Notes: a model not told the origin generated them from the sequence alone. 54,534 bases of DNA from Candidatus Gastranaerophilales bacterium (GCA_947624935.1 CANQML010000001.1:1-54534); one strand, 5' to 3'; positions 15,937 through 25,117 are shown, numbered from the stretch's first letter. Numbers and translations: made by a program.

Positions 15937-16584
15937 ATGAAATACTTTGCAATAGACGATAACAAAACCGTTTCTAAACTTGAATATATCGAAAACGAAA
16001 TGAGTGATTTTCTCGATAAACTTGCCATAGAAAAGCAAGAAAACGAAATGAGAAAAAAGCCGTTACCGATAGAGTTTAATACACGGATATATAACAAGTT
16101 AGAATTAGTTATGTTAAAGGCTGAAAGTCCTATGTCTAACAACGAGGCTTTGTGTATATCTGCAAGCGAGTTTTATGACCTTTATAACGAATACTGCGAG
16201 CTTTGTTGTTGGATAGAAAATAAAGTAGGTATTCCGTATTATAAAAACAAACCCGAATTTTGTAATTATTGCGCGATAACGACGGAGGCTTTTGATACGA
16301 TAAAGACAACGGGCGGGAAAATAGACGGACACCAAATGGAAGCTGTAAACGATATTGATACAAGAATAGCCAACTCTATACTTGTATCGGCTGAAAACGC
16401 CGAGATTAAATCTAAAATGGCAGAATTTAGGTTAGGGGCTAAAAACGGTTTAGGGCATAGAATACAGACAGTCAATAATCACGAGCCTGTAATGGTATTG
16501 CCTATAAGAGAAACAGATTTTTCGCCCATATCGGAAATAGCACCGCCTAAAATGCCTAAACAAATAACGAATAAGAAAGAATAA
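15937..16584 (+). CDS. possible terminase small subunit-like protein
   Basis: The segment KPEFCNYCAITTEAFDTIK...DTRIANSILVSAEN...MAEFRLGAKNGLG resembles the HTH and C-terminal motif of Terminase_2-type small subunits. Weak, by recall only. Confidence 0.35.
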   Translation: MKYFAIDDNKTVSKLEYIENEMSDFLDKLAIEKQENEMRKKPLPIEFNTRIYNKLELVMLKAESPMSNNEALCISASEFYDLYNEYCELCCWIENKVGIPYYKNKPEFCNYCAITTEAFDTIKTTGGKIDGHQMEAVNDIDTRIANSILVSAENAEIKSKMAEFRLGAKNGLGHRIQTVNNHEPVMVLPIRETDFSPISEIAPPKMPKQITNKKE

Positions 16585-16669
16585 CGGTTAAACCCCTCTC
16601 AAACGCACAGAATAGCCCCTCTACGGCTCGATAATACTTTTCTCGATAAAGTCATTAGGTAAACAATAA

Positions 16670-16698
16670 AAGCCGTTAGAATTGAAATTAGACGGCTT
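16670..16698 (+). terminator. stem-loop, possible terminator
   Basis: AAGCCGT-N15-ACGGCTT. The T-tract is not immediately adjacent. Confidence 0.3.
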
Positions 16699-16729
16699 AA
16701 AATTGGTTTTATGTTTTTTATCAATATGC

Positions 16730-16758
16730 TTGACAATAAAACAGAAAAGTAGTATAAT
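16730..16758 (+). promoter_or_regulatory. consensus promoter TTGACA-17-TATAAT
   Basis: TTGACA at 16730..16735 and TATAAT at 16753..16758. Confidence 0.75.
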
Positions 16759-16839
16759 GATAGAGTAGTAAGTAGAGTGCCGCTATTTATTATGAATTTA
16801 ATAGGTTAGAATTACCCCTCGTGATAGGAAAGGACGGCA

Positions 16840-16866
16840 CCCGAGTACTTCACTTGGGGTTTTCTT
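16840..16866 (+). terminator. leader terminator/attenuator between promoter and gene
   Basis: CCCGAGT-ACTTC-ACTTGGG then GTTTTCTTATT, preceded by a long-range stem GTGCCG (16777) / CGGCAC (16835). Confidence 0.5.
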
Positions 16867-16877
16867 ATTAAATTACA

Positions 16878-17282
16878 ATGTCGAGAGGAAAGAAAATTAC
16901 TCCGTTCAAAGACTATGAGCAAGTAACGGATAGAAACGGGTATGAAGTTAATTATTTACGAATAACAAGTATTCAATTAGCGTGTATGAACGAATTATCG
17001 GCAAACGCTTTTCGCTTGTATGTAATGATGAAAAGTTATGCAAAAGGTGAAGTGCAGTTTACTTACCCATACAGAATTTATAAAAACATTTTTTCAAAGC
17101 AAACATTTATAAAGGTTAGGCAAGAGCTTGTTGATAAAGGCTATATAGAGCCGTTCCACTCCCACAAAACAATGAGGACTGAAAACGAATACAGATTTAG
17201 TAGTGTTTGGCGTACTCGCAATAAACAAGTTATAGCCGATATAATCAATAGGGAAAAGAGGAAACCTAATAAGAAAACCTAA
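16878..17282 (+). CDS. winged-helix DNA-binding protein (paralogue of 12969..13376)
   Basis: See the 12969 entry. LSANAFRLYVMMKSYAKGEVQF...RQELVDKGYIEP...YRFSSVW. Confidence 0.5.
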   Translation: MSRGKKITPFKDYEQVTDRNGYEVNYLRITSIQLACMNELSANAFRLYVMMKSYAKGEVQFTYPYRIYKNIFSKQTFIKVRQELVDKGYIEPFHSHKTMRTENEYRFSSVWRTRNKQVIADIINREKRKPNKKT

Positions 17283-17317
17283 TAGGGTGGCATAATATTG
17301 TATATCTTCCTAAAAAA

Positions 17318-17432
17318 TAGACAGTGCAAGCGGTGAAAAACAGCCTAAAACAACACAAATCTTGTCTATTTTTGGAACAGTGCAATACAATCTTGTCTAA
17401 AAAATAGGAAAGATTTTGCGTTACACTGTCTA
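17318..17432. repeat. cluster of short direct and inverted repeats upstream of the HNH gene
   Basis: TAGACAGTG (17318) pairs with CACTGTCTA (17424). AATCTTGTCTA occurs twice (17358, 17389) and ACAGTGCAA twice (17321, 17377). Confidence 0.5.
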
Positions 17433-17455
17433 ATTCTTGAACAGCCAAAATAACT

Positions 17456-17800
17456 ATGAAAAGCAAATACAGAAAAAAGTATTTAGAATATCTTAAAAGC
17501 GATAAGTGGCAAGAAGTAAGGAAAGCAAAGGCAAAGGAACAGAATTACACCTGCGAGCGTTGCCATAAAGTGATTAAGAAAGGTTTTCATATTCACCATA
17601 AAACCTATGAGCATTTAGGCAATGAGCCGTTAAGCGATTTAATGTTTTTATGCGAAGATTGCCATAAGGAAATACACAAAATCATTGCTAAAAAGAAAAT
17701 GAGGAAGTCTAAAACTTCCCCAAAGAACAAGAATAAGCGTAAAACGGTGCGTAAGCCGTCTAAAAAGCCCTCTGTGGCAAAGAAAAGGTTTTCTCGATAA
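17456..17800 (+). CDS. HNH endonuclease
   Basis: CERCH...HIHHK...CEDCHKEIH, with a basic C-terminal tail. Confidence 0.8.
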   Translation: MKSKYRKKYLEYLKSDKWQEVRKAKAKEQNYTCERCHKVIKKGFHIHHKTYEHLGNEPLSDLMFLCEDCHKEIHKIIAKKKMRKSKTSPKNKNKRKTVRKPSKKPSVAKKRFSR

Positions 17801-17852
17801 TTTATTCATAGAAAAGAAAAAGGGCATTAAAACGCAAAATAAAGGGCAAGAA

Positions 17853-17876
17853 AAAGAGCGGGTTATTCCGCTCTTT
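17853..17876. terminator. bidirectional terminator between convergent operons
   Basis: AAAGAGCGG-GTTATT-CCGCTCTTT, with an A-run upstream and a T-run downstream. Confidence 0.7.
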
Positions 17877-17881
17877 ATGTT

Positions 17882-18166
17882 TTATTTATCATACTTAAAT
17901 GTGAAATAAGCAATAGCTTGTGGGCAATTATACATTTTCATATAATCTTTATCGTCATACCGCTTTGTGCCAACAAGATATGTATGCCAATCTATGCGCT
18001 TGTCATAGTCGTAATAGCTAAAAACTAAATCTTCTCTCGCAAAAGCGTTTTCGTGATAATCTACAAGGAAGTCTAAAAAATCTTCCATTGTATTAAATTC
18101 CTTTGATTGTGATAATGCCTCGTCCAATGACATCATTGACCCAGCGGGTCTGTAAATAATTTTCAT
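17882..18166 (-). CDS. hypothetical protein
   Basis: Last gene of the leftward operon. Confidence 0.5.
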   Translation of the reverse strand: MKIIYRPAGSMMSLDEALSQSKEFNTMEDFLDFLVDYHENAFAREDLVFSYYDYDKRIDWHTYLVGTKRYDDKDYMKMYNCPQAIAYFTFKYDK

Positions 18167-18182
18167 AATTTAATTCTCCTTA

Positions 18183-18860
18183 TTAACTTTTTTCTTCTAA
18201 AATCTTCCGCAACTTACTTGCAGTAACCTCACATTCTCGTTCTTGATTATCAAATTTTATTTTTATCTTAAACGGGTATTCAGAAGAAATTTTTGTAATG
18301 GTTGCCTTTCTTTCTTGAACAAGCATTACCAACAAATCATCTACACATATAACACGCTCACCAACGGAAAACTCTTTTGCTATTCGACTATCTCTTTCTG
18401 TATCGCATAACTTTTCCAAAAGTCGCGCAATCGGAGTTGTTCCACCGTAATGATTAGTTTCGTTTGCATAGTTTTCAAACACAACAAAGTCATCATCTGT
18501 AAGTTTAGACATAAAATCTTTAACGGCGGTACAAAACTGTTCTCTAACTTTGTCTTTTTTCTCGACCACCTCTTTAACCTTTTCCGCAACCGCATTTTTC
18601 AATTCATTACATACAGCTTCCGCCGACAAAAAGCAATTCAATCTGCACTCTACGTCGTCTTTTTCTCTAATTTCATTACCGTGATAATATATTTCTTCAT
18701 AATAGCGTTTAATATTTTTTTCTGTGCAATCAATAGAGCCTTTTGCTTTTCGTGCAAGGTCGTTTGAAAAATTTTCAACGTGGTCTATATAACCACCTGC
18801 GTTATATTCGTTGTAAAATGTTTTCCCGCAAATCGGGCATTGCATAATTGTATATTTCAT
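18183..18860 (-). CDS. hypothetical protein with N-terminal zinc-ribbon
   Basis: MQCPICGKTF. No family recognised. Confidence 0.5.
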   Translation of the reverse strand: MKYTIMQCPICGKTFYNEYNAGGYIDHVENFSNDLARKAKGSIDCTEKNIKRYYEEIYYHGNEIREKDDVECRLNCFLSAEAVCNELKNAVAEKVKEVVEKKDKVREQFCTAVKDFMSKLTDDDFVVFENYANETNHYGGTTPIARLLEKLCDTERDSRIAKEFSVGERVICVDDLLVMLVQERKATITKISSEYPFKIKIKFDNQERECEVTASKLRKILEEKS

Positions 18861-18862
18861 TT

Positions 18863-19294
18863 TTAATTCTCCTTTTCCTTTTCTATTTTTTCTTTTAGCT
18901 TAAAAACATATTGTCTTGATACACCAAAACGCTTTGCAATAGAACTCATAGTTTCGTTTGTAAAGCTCATTTGCCTAATCGCTTGAATTATATCGCTTGT
19001 TTGTTTACTTCGCGTTCTTGGGCGTTTTATACCGCTTAAAGCTATCTTTACAGTTGTTGCCGAGCATTTATATTTATTTTTCAAGTAATCAATATCTGTA
19101 AAGCCGTTAAGACAGTCCTCACGGATTTTATCAAAGTCAATTCTATGATTGCTTGCTTTGTGTATTCCGCTACCGCTAATCACTTGATTAACATAAACAT
19201 AAGGCACTCCTAAAAGAATAGCTATCTCTTTTGCCGTATGCGTTTTATAAAGCATTAAGATTGATTGCTTTTGCTCGTAAGTGATAAGTGCCAT
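18863..19294 (-). CDS. DNA-binding protein with two HTH motifs
   Basis: TAKEIAILLGVPYVYVNQVIS and TMSSIAKRFGVSRQYVFKLKEK. ATG 19294 (MALITY) is preferred. Confidence 0.5.
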   Translation of the reverse strand: MALITYEQKQSILMLYKTHTAKEIAILLGVPYVYVNQVISGSGIHKASNHRIDFDKIREDCLNGFTDIDYLKNKYKCSATTVKIALSGIKRPRTRSKQTSDIIQAIRQMSFTNETMSSIAKRFGVSRQYVFKLKEKIEKEKEN

Positions 19295-19893
19295 TATTTC
19301 TCTCTCCTTGTAAGCGTTCCGCATAGCGCACAATAAATTTGACCTGTCCGAATTTCGTCGCCATTTTTTATCTGTTTAGCGCAACTTTTTACCCAATTAT
19401 ATGCTAATGGGTTTTGTGCGGCTTCGGTTATCTTCTCTTTCGCTATTCTTTTGTTTTCTTCCGTCAATTCGGGGAGCAATTTCCAACCAAGCTCACTTAT
19501 ACCTTGTTTACAATCATTTTCCGTTGGGAACACATAACACTCCTTATGTATTGCTCCGATAATAGTATGTATTTCCCCTATTTGTATTAGCTTGTATGAA
19601 ATAGAATACTTATTTATGTTTACTTTTGTAATTTTACAAGGTACAGGTAAATAGCCTAAATAGCTATAACTCATTCTGCCTATCGCGTAAACAGTATCTC
19701 CAACTTTGTATTTTGGGACAAGTCCACCGCGCTCCGATTTTAGCCAAGTTGTAATACAAGCAATACAGTTTTTGTATTCTTGACATCTTTTATATCCAAC
19801 CATACACAAATCGTCAATATTTTCCCCGCCTCTTTTTATCACCCAAGCCAGCTCGTTATCTGTTAAAGTCATAAGATATTCTCTTCCTGTCAT
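19294..19893 (-). CDS. hypothetical protein
   Basis: GAGGTG RBS before ATG 19893 (MTGREY). Confidence 0.5.
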   Translation of the reverse strand: MTGREYLMTLTDNELAWVIKRGGENIDDLCMVGYKRCQEYKNCIACITTWLKSERGGLVPKYKVGDTVYAIGRMSYSYLGYLPVPCKITKVNINKYSISYKLIQIGEIHTIIGAIHKECYVFPTENDCKQGISELGWKLLPELTEENKRIAKEKITEAAQNPLAYNWVKSCAKQIKNGDEIRTGQIYCALCGTLTRREK

Positions 19894-19901
19894 ATTACAC
19901 C

Positions 19902-20330
19902 TCAATTCTGTTTTAATTCCGCAATAACATTTTCAATATTCCACTCTTTGCGAAGTTTCAAATTCCGTTTTGCTTTGTTTGCTTTATCTTTGCCGTGAAA
20001 TTGAAAATCCCTAACGAACGGAACACCGATAGTCAAAAGCAGGTCCTCTGCCGTCCAAAGTGCGCCCTCAATGCACTTCAAATCGTCCTCGCATAATGCT
20101 CTGTCTTTATATTCATACTCTCCTTCTAAAAATCGAACGCCTAAATCTCCGTCTATGGAAATGCCTTCCTCGTCAACGGATATAACGGCATAAACTTTCG
20201 TATAATACCCCTCTAAAATGCGAATAGAATAAATTGCACAGTCATAATCTCTATCGCACTTCTCCCAGCCTGTTTTTGTTAAATAATCAAAAATTTTATT
20301 ATCAAATGCTGTTCTATCGCTGAATTTCAT
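19902..20330 (-). CDS. hypothetical protein
   Basis: Operon context only. Confidence 0.5.
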   Translation of the reverse strand: MKFSDRTAFDNKIFDYLTKTGWEKCDRDYDCAIYSIRILEGYYTKVYAVISVDEEGISIDGDLGVRFLEGEYEYKDRALCEDDLKCIEGALWTAEDLLLTIGVPFVRDFQFHGKDKANKAKRNLKLRKEWNIENVIAELKQN

Positions 20331-20344
20331 ATTTATATCCTCAC

Positions 20345-20662
20345 TTATAGATATTTCTGTAATCTTGTGCGGAAATCAATCGGCTCATTGTCGTATTTGA
20401 CATATATATGCTCGTCATTGTGTAAACCGTCAATGCTAACCCAATTAAAACCTTTTAATTCCGTTACAAGCCAATGTGCCTCTTTCATAATCGCTCCGAG
20501 CGCAACGGCAGGGACAACCCAGCCGTCATATTGATTGCCCATAAAATCAATACATTTTTCTCTCTTGATATTCTTCTTGAAAAAAGCGTATGCTTTGCTT
20601 TTCGGCTCAATATCCATACCAAAAGTTATTCCGTCAAAATATTCTGCGTGTAATTCTTTCAT
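20345..20662 (-). CDS. hypothetical protein
   Basis: ATGA overlap with the upstream gene. Confidence 0.5.
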   Translation of the reverse strand: MKELHAEYFDGITFGMDIEPKSKAYAFFKKNIKREKCIDFMGNQYDGWVVPAVALGAIMKEAHWLVTELKGFNWVSIDGLHNDEHIYVKYDNEPIDFRTRLQKYL

Positions 20663-20838
20663 ACATTATGTTCCTTTACTGTCTTTTCAATAAATTCAAG
20701 TGTTTCCTTAAAAGCAACTTCTCGCCCAGCAAAATAATCGTCATACTTTTTATATTTGCCGTAAACTGAATTATTATGTGCTTTGCTAATCGATATAAGT
20801 AGCCAATCTTTAATTTCCTTTACTATATCATTTTCCAT
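20659..20838 (-). CDS. small protein (59 aa), not in ORF track
   Basis: MENDIVKEIKDWLLISISKAHNNSVYGKYKKYDDYFAGREVAFKETLEFIEKTVKEHNV*. Confidence 0.45.
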   Translation of the reverse strand: MENDIVKEIKDWLLISISKAHNNSVYGKYKKYDDYFAGREVAFKETLEFIEKTVKEHNV

Positions 20839-20840
20839 AA

Positions 20841-21416
20841 TTACCTATTCTCCTTTAATATTCTTGATACAGTAGAGGGTGATATTCCTAACTCTACCGC
20901 TATTTCTTTACCCATTTTACCTTGTGAAGATAAATCTAAAACTCTATCTGATAAGGCTTTGCTTTTGTTTGGTCTGCCGAGAATTATGCCCTCGTCCTTT
21001 TTCGCGGCAAGAGCTTGCCTTGTACGGTCTGCTATCAAGTCGCGCTCGAATTGTGCAAATGCACTCATAATATGGAATACAAGCGCAGACATAGCGTCCA
21101 TTTTATTATCACCGCCTACTGTTAGGTTTTCCTTTAAGAATATAACCTTTACTTTTTTATCTCTAACAAGCAAGTTAGTTGTATCTATCAAGTCTTGTAC
21201 ACTTCTTGCCATACGGCTCATACTTTCAAAATACACCTCATCACCCGCTTGCAAGACTTCAAGCAAGTTATTAAATTCTTCTCTTATACAAGCCTTTTTA
21301 GTTCCGCTTATTTTTTCCTCAAACAGTCTGTCAAGCTGATAATCTTTCAAAACATATTCTTGCCTTGTGTATTCCTGTTTGTCGGCTACGGACACTCTTA
21401 TATAGCCGTATCTCAT
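20841..21416 (-). CDS. small serine recombinase (resolvase/invertase family) with C-terminal HTH
   Basis: MRYGYIRVS (catalytic Ser), ...SRMARS..., ...FAQFERDLIADRTRQAL..., and C-terminal GKEIAVELGISPSTVSRIL. ATGA overlap with the upstream gene. Confidence 0.9.
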   Translation of the reverse strand: MRYGYIRVSVADKQEYTRQEYVLKDYQLDRLFEEKISGTKKACIREEFNNLLEVLQAGDEVYFESMSRMARSVQDLIDTTNLLVRDKKVKVIFLKENLTVGGDNKMDAMSALVFHIMSAFAQFERDLIADRTRQALAAKKDEGIILGRPNKSKALSDRVLDLSSQGKMGKEIAVELGISPSTVSRILKENR

Positions 21417-21883
21417 TTTAATATCTCCCATACTTTATTTGTTTTGAAATCTATTAAATAATCCCTGTTATTTTCGGCTGTTCTTGTTTTTGCAAGTTTT
21501 TTGTTTGCCACATTATGCCACCAAAAATAATCGCCATAACCTTGCCACCGTAACGATATAAAATCATTAGTCAATCGGTCAAAAAAGTTAAACTCCCAAA
21601 ACAAATCATTTGCCCATTTTTCATATCTTGCAAAACCCATAAACATTTTCTTTTGAGTTGGCAAAACATAAAATTCTTCTTTTGATTTACCTTTCCCCCT
21701 TGTGCCGTAGAGTTTAAGCTCATTAAGATTGGGCAGTATAATACCATAAACATTATTAAGTGTTTTTTGTAAATCAACATAGTTATACCAGCAATACAAA
21801 TCAATTTCTTTTTCTGTTTGCCCCATTACTTTTGCAGAATATCTGCCAAGTAGTTTGCGTACATATATAAGTTCATATCTCAT
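21413..21883 (-). CDS. hypothetical Trp/Tyr-rich protein
   Basis: Operon context only. Confidence 0.5.
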   Translation of the reverse strand: MRYELIYVRKLLGRYSAKVMGQTEKEIDLYCWYNYVDLQKTLNNVYGIILPNLNELKLYGTRGKGKSKEEFYVLPTQKKMFMGFARYEKWANDLFWEFNFFDRLTNDFISLRWQGYGDYFWWHNVANKKLAKTRTAENNRDYLIDFKTNKVWEILK

Positions 21884-21888
21884 AGTTA

Positions 21889-22068
21889 TTACTCCTTGTC
21901 CTCTTTTTTCAAGATTTCTCGCGTTGTAGTTTGTAAAAGTTGTCTCCCTCGATAATACTCATTGTCGCAATATGAACTTTTGCCGTCATTTTTGTGCCTT
22001 ATGTCATTATCAAGCATACCTGTTATTTGAAAAATATTTAACAATCGCTCTAATAATTCTTTTTCCAT
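21889..22068 (-). CDS. small hypothetical protein (59 aa)
   Basis: GAGGA RBS before ATG 22068 (MEKELL). Confidence 0.4.
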   Translation of the reverse strand: MEKELLERLLNIFQITGMLDNDIRHKNDGKSSYCDNEYYRGRQLLQTTTREILKKEDKE

Positions 22069-22070
22069 AG

Positions 22071-22310
22071 TTAATAATCCTCGTCGTTCCTCTCTTTTTT
22101 TATTTTTTGTCCGCAAAAGGGACAATAACTAAACGGTACGCTTACTGGTGTATCACCCATTGCAGATATAAGAGGTGGATATGCATAAAAGTCTATCGCC
22201 AATCCGCCCCGTGTTCCTTGAAATCTGTGATAGCCACTATGGGCAGAACAAATTTGTTTTATATCTTCCTCTATATCTTCTTCTGTGTAATAAGTGTAAT
22301 CATCTATCAT
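22071..22310 (-). CDS. hypothetical protein with C-terminal zinc-ribbon-like CPFCG
   Basis: AAGGAG lies 8 nt upstream of ATG 22310 (MIDDYTYY). Confidence 0.5.
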   Translation of the reverse strand: MIDDYTYYTEEDIEEDIKQICSAHSGYHRFQGTRGGLAIDFYAYPPLISAMGDTPVSVPFSYCPFCGQKIKKERNDEDY

Positions 22311-22323
22311 AATCTTTACTCCT

Positions 22324-23367
22324 TTATTTATCATATTTTCCTGTTATACAGTTAAGAATTTCTCTATCGCTAATATTCGCGCATTGACAACGGAAAAGTG
22401 TTGTTGAGTTCGGCAATTTAATATAGCTATCGCCCTTGCCTAAAAGTTCCGCACCCTTGCCGCAGTCAATAACGTTCATTGAGTGCCTTGCGTTTGCCGT
22501 AGTCAAGCAAACCTTTGTAGGCAGATTATATTTAATCAAGCCTGTTACAACGCTTGCTCGCGGGTCTTGCGTTGCCACAATAAGGTGTATGCCCGCCGCT
22601 CTACCCTTTTGTGCTATCCTCACGATATATTCCTCTACTTCGTTTTTAGAGGTCATCATAAGGTCGGCTAACTCGTCTATAACAACCACAATTCTATTGC
22701 CGTCATACTTCTTTAACCCTTTTGCTTGCATTTCACCATACCGCCGTTCCATTTCGTCAACGGCGATAGAAAGCCACTCTAACGCCTCGCTATTATCTTT
22801 TGCAACCTTATATATGCGTTTGTGTATATCTTGCTCATACAAGCCAAATTCCGCGCCTTGTTTAGGGTCTATTAAAATTAAACTCGCAGTTGAAAAACAT
22901 AACAGCTCCATAATAAGACTGTTTAGCAAACAAGATTTACCACTTCCTGTTGACCCCGCTATAAGTAAGTGTGCCGCTTCGTCCATATTTGTAACAATAA
23001 AATCGAAGTTACCTTTGCCGAAAGAAATATAGCCTTTTTGCCTTGCCGCTTGTTCGCCGTCTTTATCTTCGGCAATAGCTTTTTTAATAGCGTGTGCGCA
23101 ATCACCGCACGATATAAATTGCCTGTCGCAGTTACGCGATAATCGGAAAGTGCCGCCCTCTAACGGCTCATAGTTATAGCCAGCAAAAACGCGCATTTCC
23201 TTTATCACTCTATTAAACGCAGAAAGGGATACGGCAGAAATGATTTTAAACTCAAAATTTCCCGCTTGCGGTGAAAAGTAACAGCGTAATAATTCAACTT
23301 GTATTCCCGCCCTTGCAAAATAGTTAGTCAAATTTACGCTCATTTGCTCTATTGTTATATCGCCCAT
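22324..23367 (-). CDS. FtsK/SpoIIIE-family DNA translocase ATPase (motor domain only, no TM)
   Basis: Walker A GSTGSGKS, Walker B VVVIDELADLM, and IVATQDPR. Confidence 0.85.
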   Translation of the reverse strand: MGDITIEQMSVNLTNYFARAGIQVELLRCYFSPQAGNFEFKIISAVSLSAFNRVIKEMRVFAGYNYEPLEGGTFRLSRNCDRQFISCGDCAHAIKKAIAEDKDGEQAARQKGYISFGKGNFDFIVTNMDEAAHLLIAGSTGSGKSCLLNSLIMELLCFSTASLILIDPKQGAEFGLYEQDIHKRIYKVAKDNSEALEWLSIAVDEMERRYGEMQAKGLKKYDGNRIVVVIDELADLMMTSKNEVEEYIVRIAQKGRAAGIHLIVATQDPRASVVTGLIKYNLPTKVCLTTANARHSMNVIDCGKGAELLGKGDSYIKLPNSTTLFRCQCANISDREILNCITGKYDK

Positions 23368-23369
23368 AG

Positions 23370-23726
23370 TTATGCCCTCTTCCCCGTTGCGCTATCTTTA
23401 TTAGCTTGTTCTATAAGCTCGGCAAGCCTTGCACTCGCCCTTTTGCCCCAATCGCTGTTAAGCCCTTTGGCAAGAATATCAATATGTGCAGAAACATATT
23501 CCTTGCAAGCGGAAAAGGTTACAAATCCGCCCGCACCTACTCCCGCGCCTGTGCTTGCTTCTGTTGCTTGCCAATAGCCGTGCTGTTTCCTATAAAAGAC
23601 AACAATTATATTGCCGTCTTTATCTTTATGTTCCATCCTATGCCCCATAACAGGTCTTGCATAAAAAGTATCTGTATTTTCCAATTCATCAAATGTGTGC
23701 ATACACTCATAATATAACTTATTCAT
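23370..23726 (-). CDS. hypothetical protein
   Basis: Operon context only. Confidence 0.5.
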   Translation of the reverse strand: MNKLYYECMHTFDELENTDTFYARPVMGHRMEHKDKDGNIIVVFYRKQHGYWQATEASTGAGVGAGGFVTFSACKEYVSAHIDILAKGLNSDWGKRASARLAELIEQANKDSATGKRA

Positions 23727-23738
23727 AGTTATGCCCTC

Positions 23739-24053
23739 TCAATAAATAATACAACCCTCTATATAGTTTGATTTTATGCCTTTGTCTTTATCGCAGAATA
23801 TCAACGGCTCATCGACAATCTTTATAAAAACATTGTTTGCCTTGCCTACTCCCCAAAGTAATCGCTTGTCCGTCATAAAGGTTTTGCCGTGTTCTGTTTT
23901 CCAAACAAAATGTTTATGTGTTACCTTTACGCAGTCCACCTTGCTTGCAAAAACAGTTAGCCCGCTTCCGCTATTACAAACATAGCAATACTTTTTGTCG
24001 GTGTTTATCCACTCATAGTTGCGTTTAAAGTCGTTCCAAATTCTAATATACAC
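23739..24053 (-). CDS. hypothetical protein (GTG start)
   Basis: AAGGGGG RBS. Confidence 0.45.
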   Translation of the reverse strand: MYIRIWNDFKRNYEWINTDKKYCYVCNSGSGLTVFASKVDCVKVTHKHFVWKTEHGKTFMTDKRLLWGVGKANNVFIKIVDEPLIFCDKDKGIKSNYIEGCIIY

Positions 24054-24065
24054 AGTTATACCCCC

Positions 24066-24287
24066 TTAAATAAATTGCCTTATATACTGTTTATACGGTG
24101 TTTTTGTGCCTGTTGCTTTTACTTCGTCATAAGTCATCAACGCTTTTATTCTGTCAAGCTCGCGCTGTTCCTTTTCGTCTTTGGGCGGAATATAGTTCCC
24201 CAAACCCGCAAAAGCGTTGTGTCGTCTTGCCGTCATTATCTTAAAATCTTTAAATGAAATAGTTAATCTTTGATTATAATTTAACAT
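24066..24287 (-). CDS. hypothetical protein
   Basis: AAGGGGG RBS. Confidence 0.5.
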   Translation of the reverse strand: MLNYNQRLTISFKDFKIMTARRHNAFAGLGNYIPPKDEKEQRELDRIKALMTYDEVKATGTKTPYKQYIRQFI

Positions 24288-24298
24288 AATATACCCCC

Positions 24299-24508
24299 TT
24301 AACCTCTGTAATCAACAATTCTATGTTTGCCGTTTTCTTCTCTTTCAATATCTATTTTTTCGGTAAAAAACTGTGATATAAACCTATGCGCCATCGCATT
24401 TGCGCCGTTGTAATATTCAAGTTCAGCTTGCTCGCCGTGCGTAATTGCTTCAAAGTAAACCTCATCAAGCCATTTTGCAACACGTTCAAAAAGTTCCTGT
24501 TGTTCCAT
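24299..24508 (-). CDS. hypothetical protein
   Basis: Preceded by the repeated AAATAATTTATAAAGAGG module. Confidence 0.5.
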   Translation of the reverse strand: MEQQELFERVAKWLDEVYFEAITHGEQAELEYYNGANAMAHRFISQFFTEKIDIEREENGKHRIVDYRG

Positions 24509-24611
24509 AATTAAACCTCTTTATAAATTATTTATTTAAGCCGTAACGGCTCATTTTTATTGTTGTGATAAAATATACTACCTCGCCCATAAAAGGGCGC
24601 AGAATTGAAAT

Positions 24612-24869
24612 TTAGGCGGTTAGAATTGATTTCAAGCTATCGAAAAAATCAAACAGCGATTTTAATGTTCGTTTGTCGTATGTCGCCGTGCTTGCGTCAT
24701 TCGGACTTTTTGATTTTGCACAATAAATAAGCGAGTGCGGCGCAGGAATATCGAGCATATCACAAAGAATATAAAAATCAAGTTGTTCTAATTCTTCCTT
24801 GCCTTTTGCCCATTGTTTAGCCGCTTCCAATACGGCTTGATTTCTCTTTTCGCATTGCTCAATAGTCAT
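24612..24869 (-). CDS. hypothetical protein
   Basis: Preceded by the repeated AAATAATTTATAAAGAGG module. Confidence 0.5.
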   Translation of the reverse strand: MTIEQCEKRNQAVLEAAKQWAKGKEELEQLDFYILCDMLDIPAPHSLIYCAKSKSPNDASTATYDKRTLKSLFDFFDSLKSILTA

Positions 24870-24957
24870 AAAATACCTCTTTATAAATTATTTTTCCGCT
24901 ATGCGGTGGGGCGGGTAGTGTTTTAGGAGTTTCCCGCTATCGCTCCGAAAAGTGCAG

Positions 24958-25101
24958 TTATGCTCTCCTTAAATATAAATTTTTAACTTTTTCAAACTCT
25001 TCTTGACTTATCGCAGAAAGGGGCAGACCCCCGAACCACAAACGGCAGAAAGACAGAAAGCCACATAAAGTTTTAATATTTGTATGAATATAGAATTGCA
25101 T
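24958..25101 (-). CDS. small hypothetical protein (47 aa)
   Basis: Internal ATG (MQFYIH). The RBS is weak. Confidence 0.3.
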   Translation of the reverse strand: MQFYIHTNIKTLCGFLSFCRLWFGGLPLSAISQEEFEKVKNLYLRRA

Positions 25102-25117
25102 AATTATACACCGCCAT

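Noticed and set aside
20841-21416. A Gin/Cin-type invertase switching alternative fibre tips.
   Set aside because: The recombinase is about 21 kb from the fibre through the circular junction. No inverted repeats flank the fibre tip or chaperone, and there is no alternative tip cassette.
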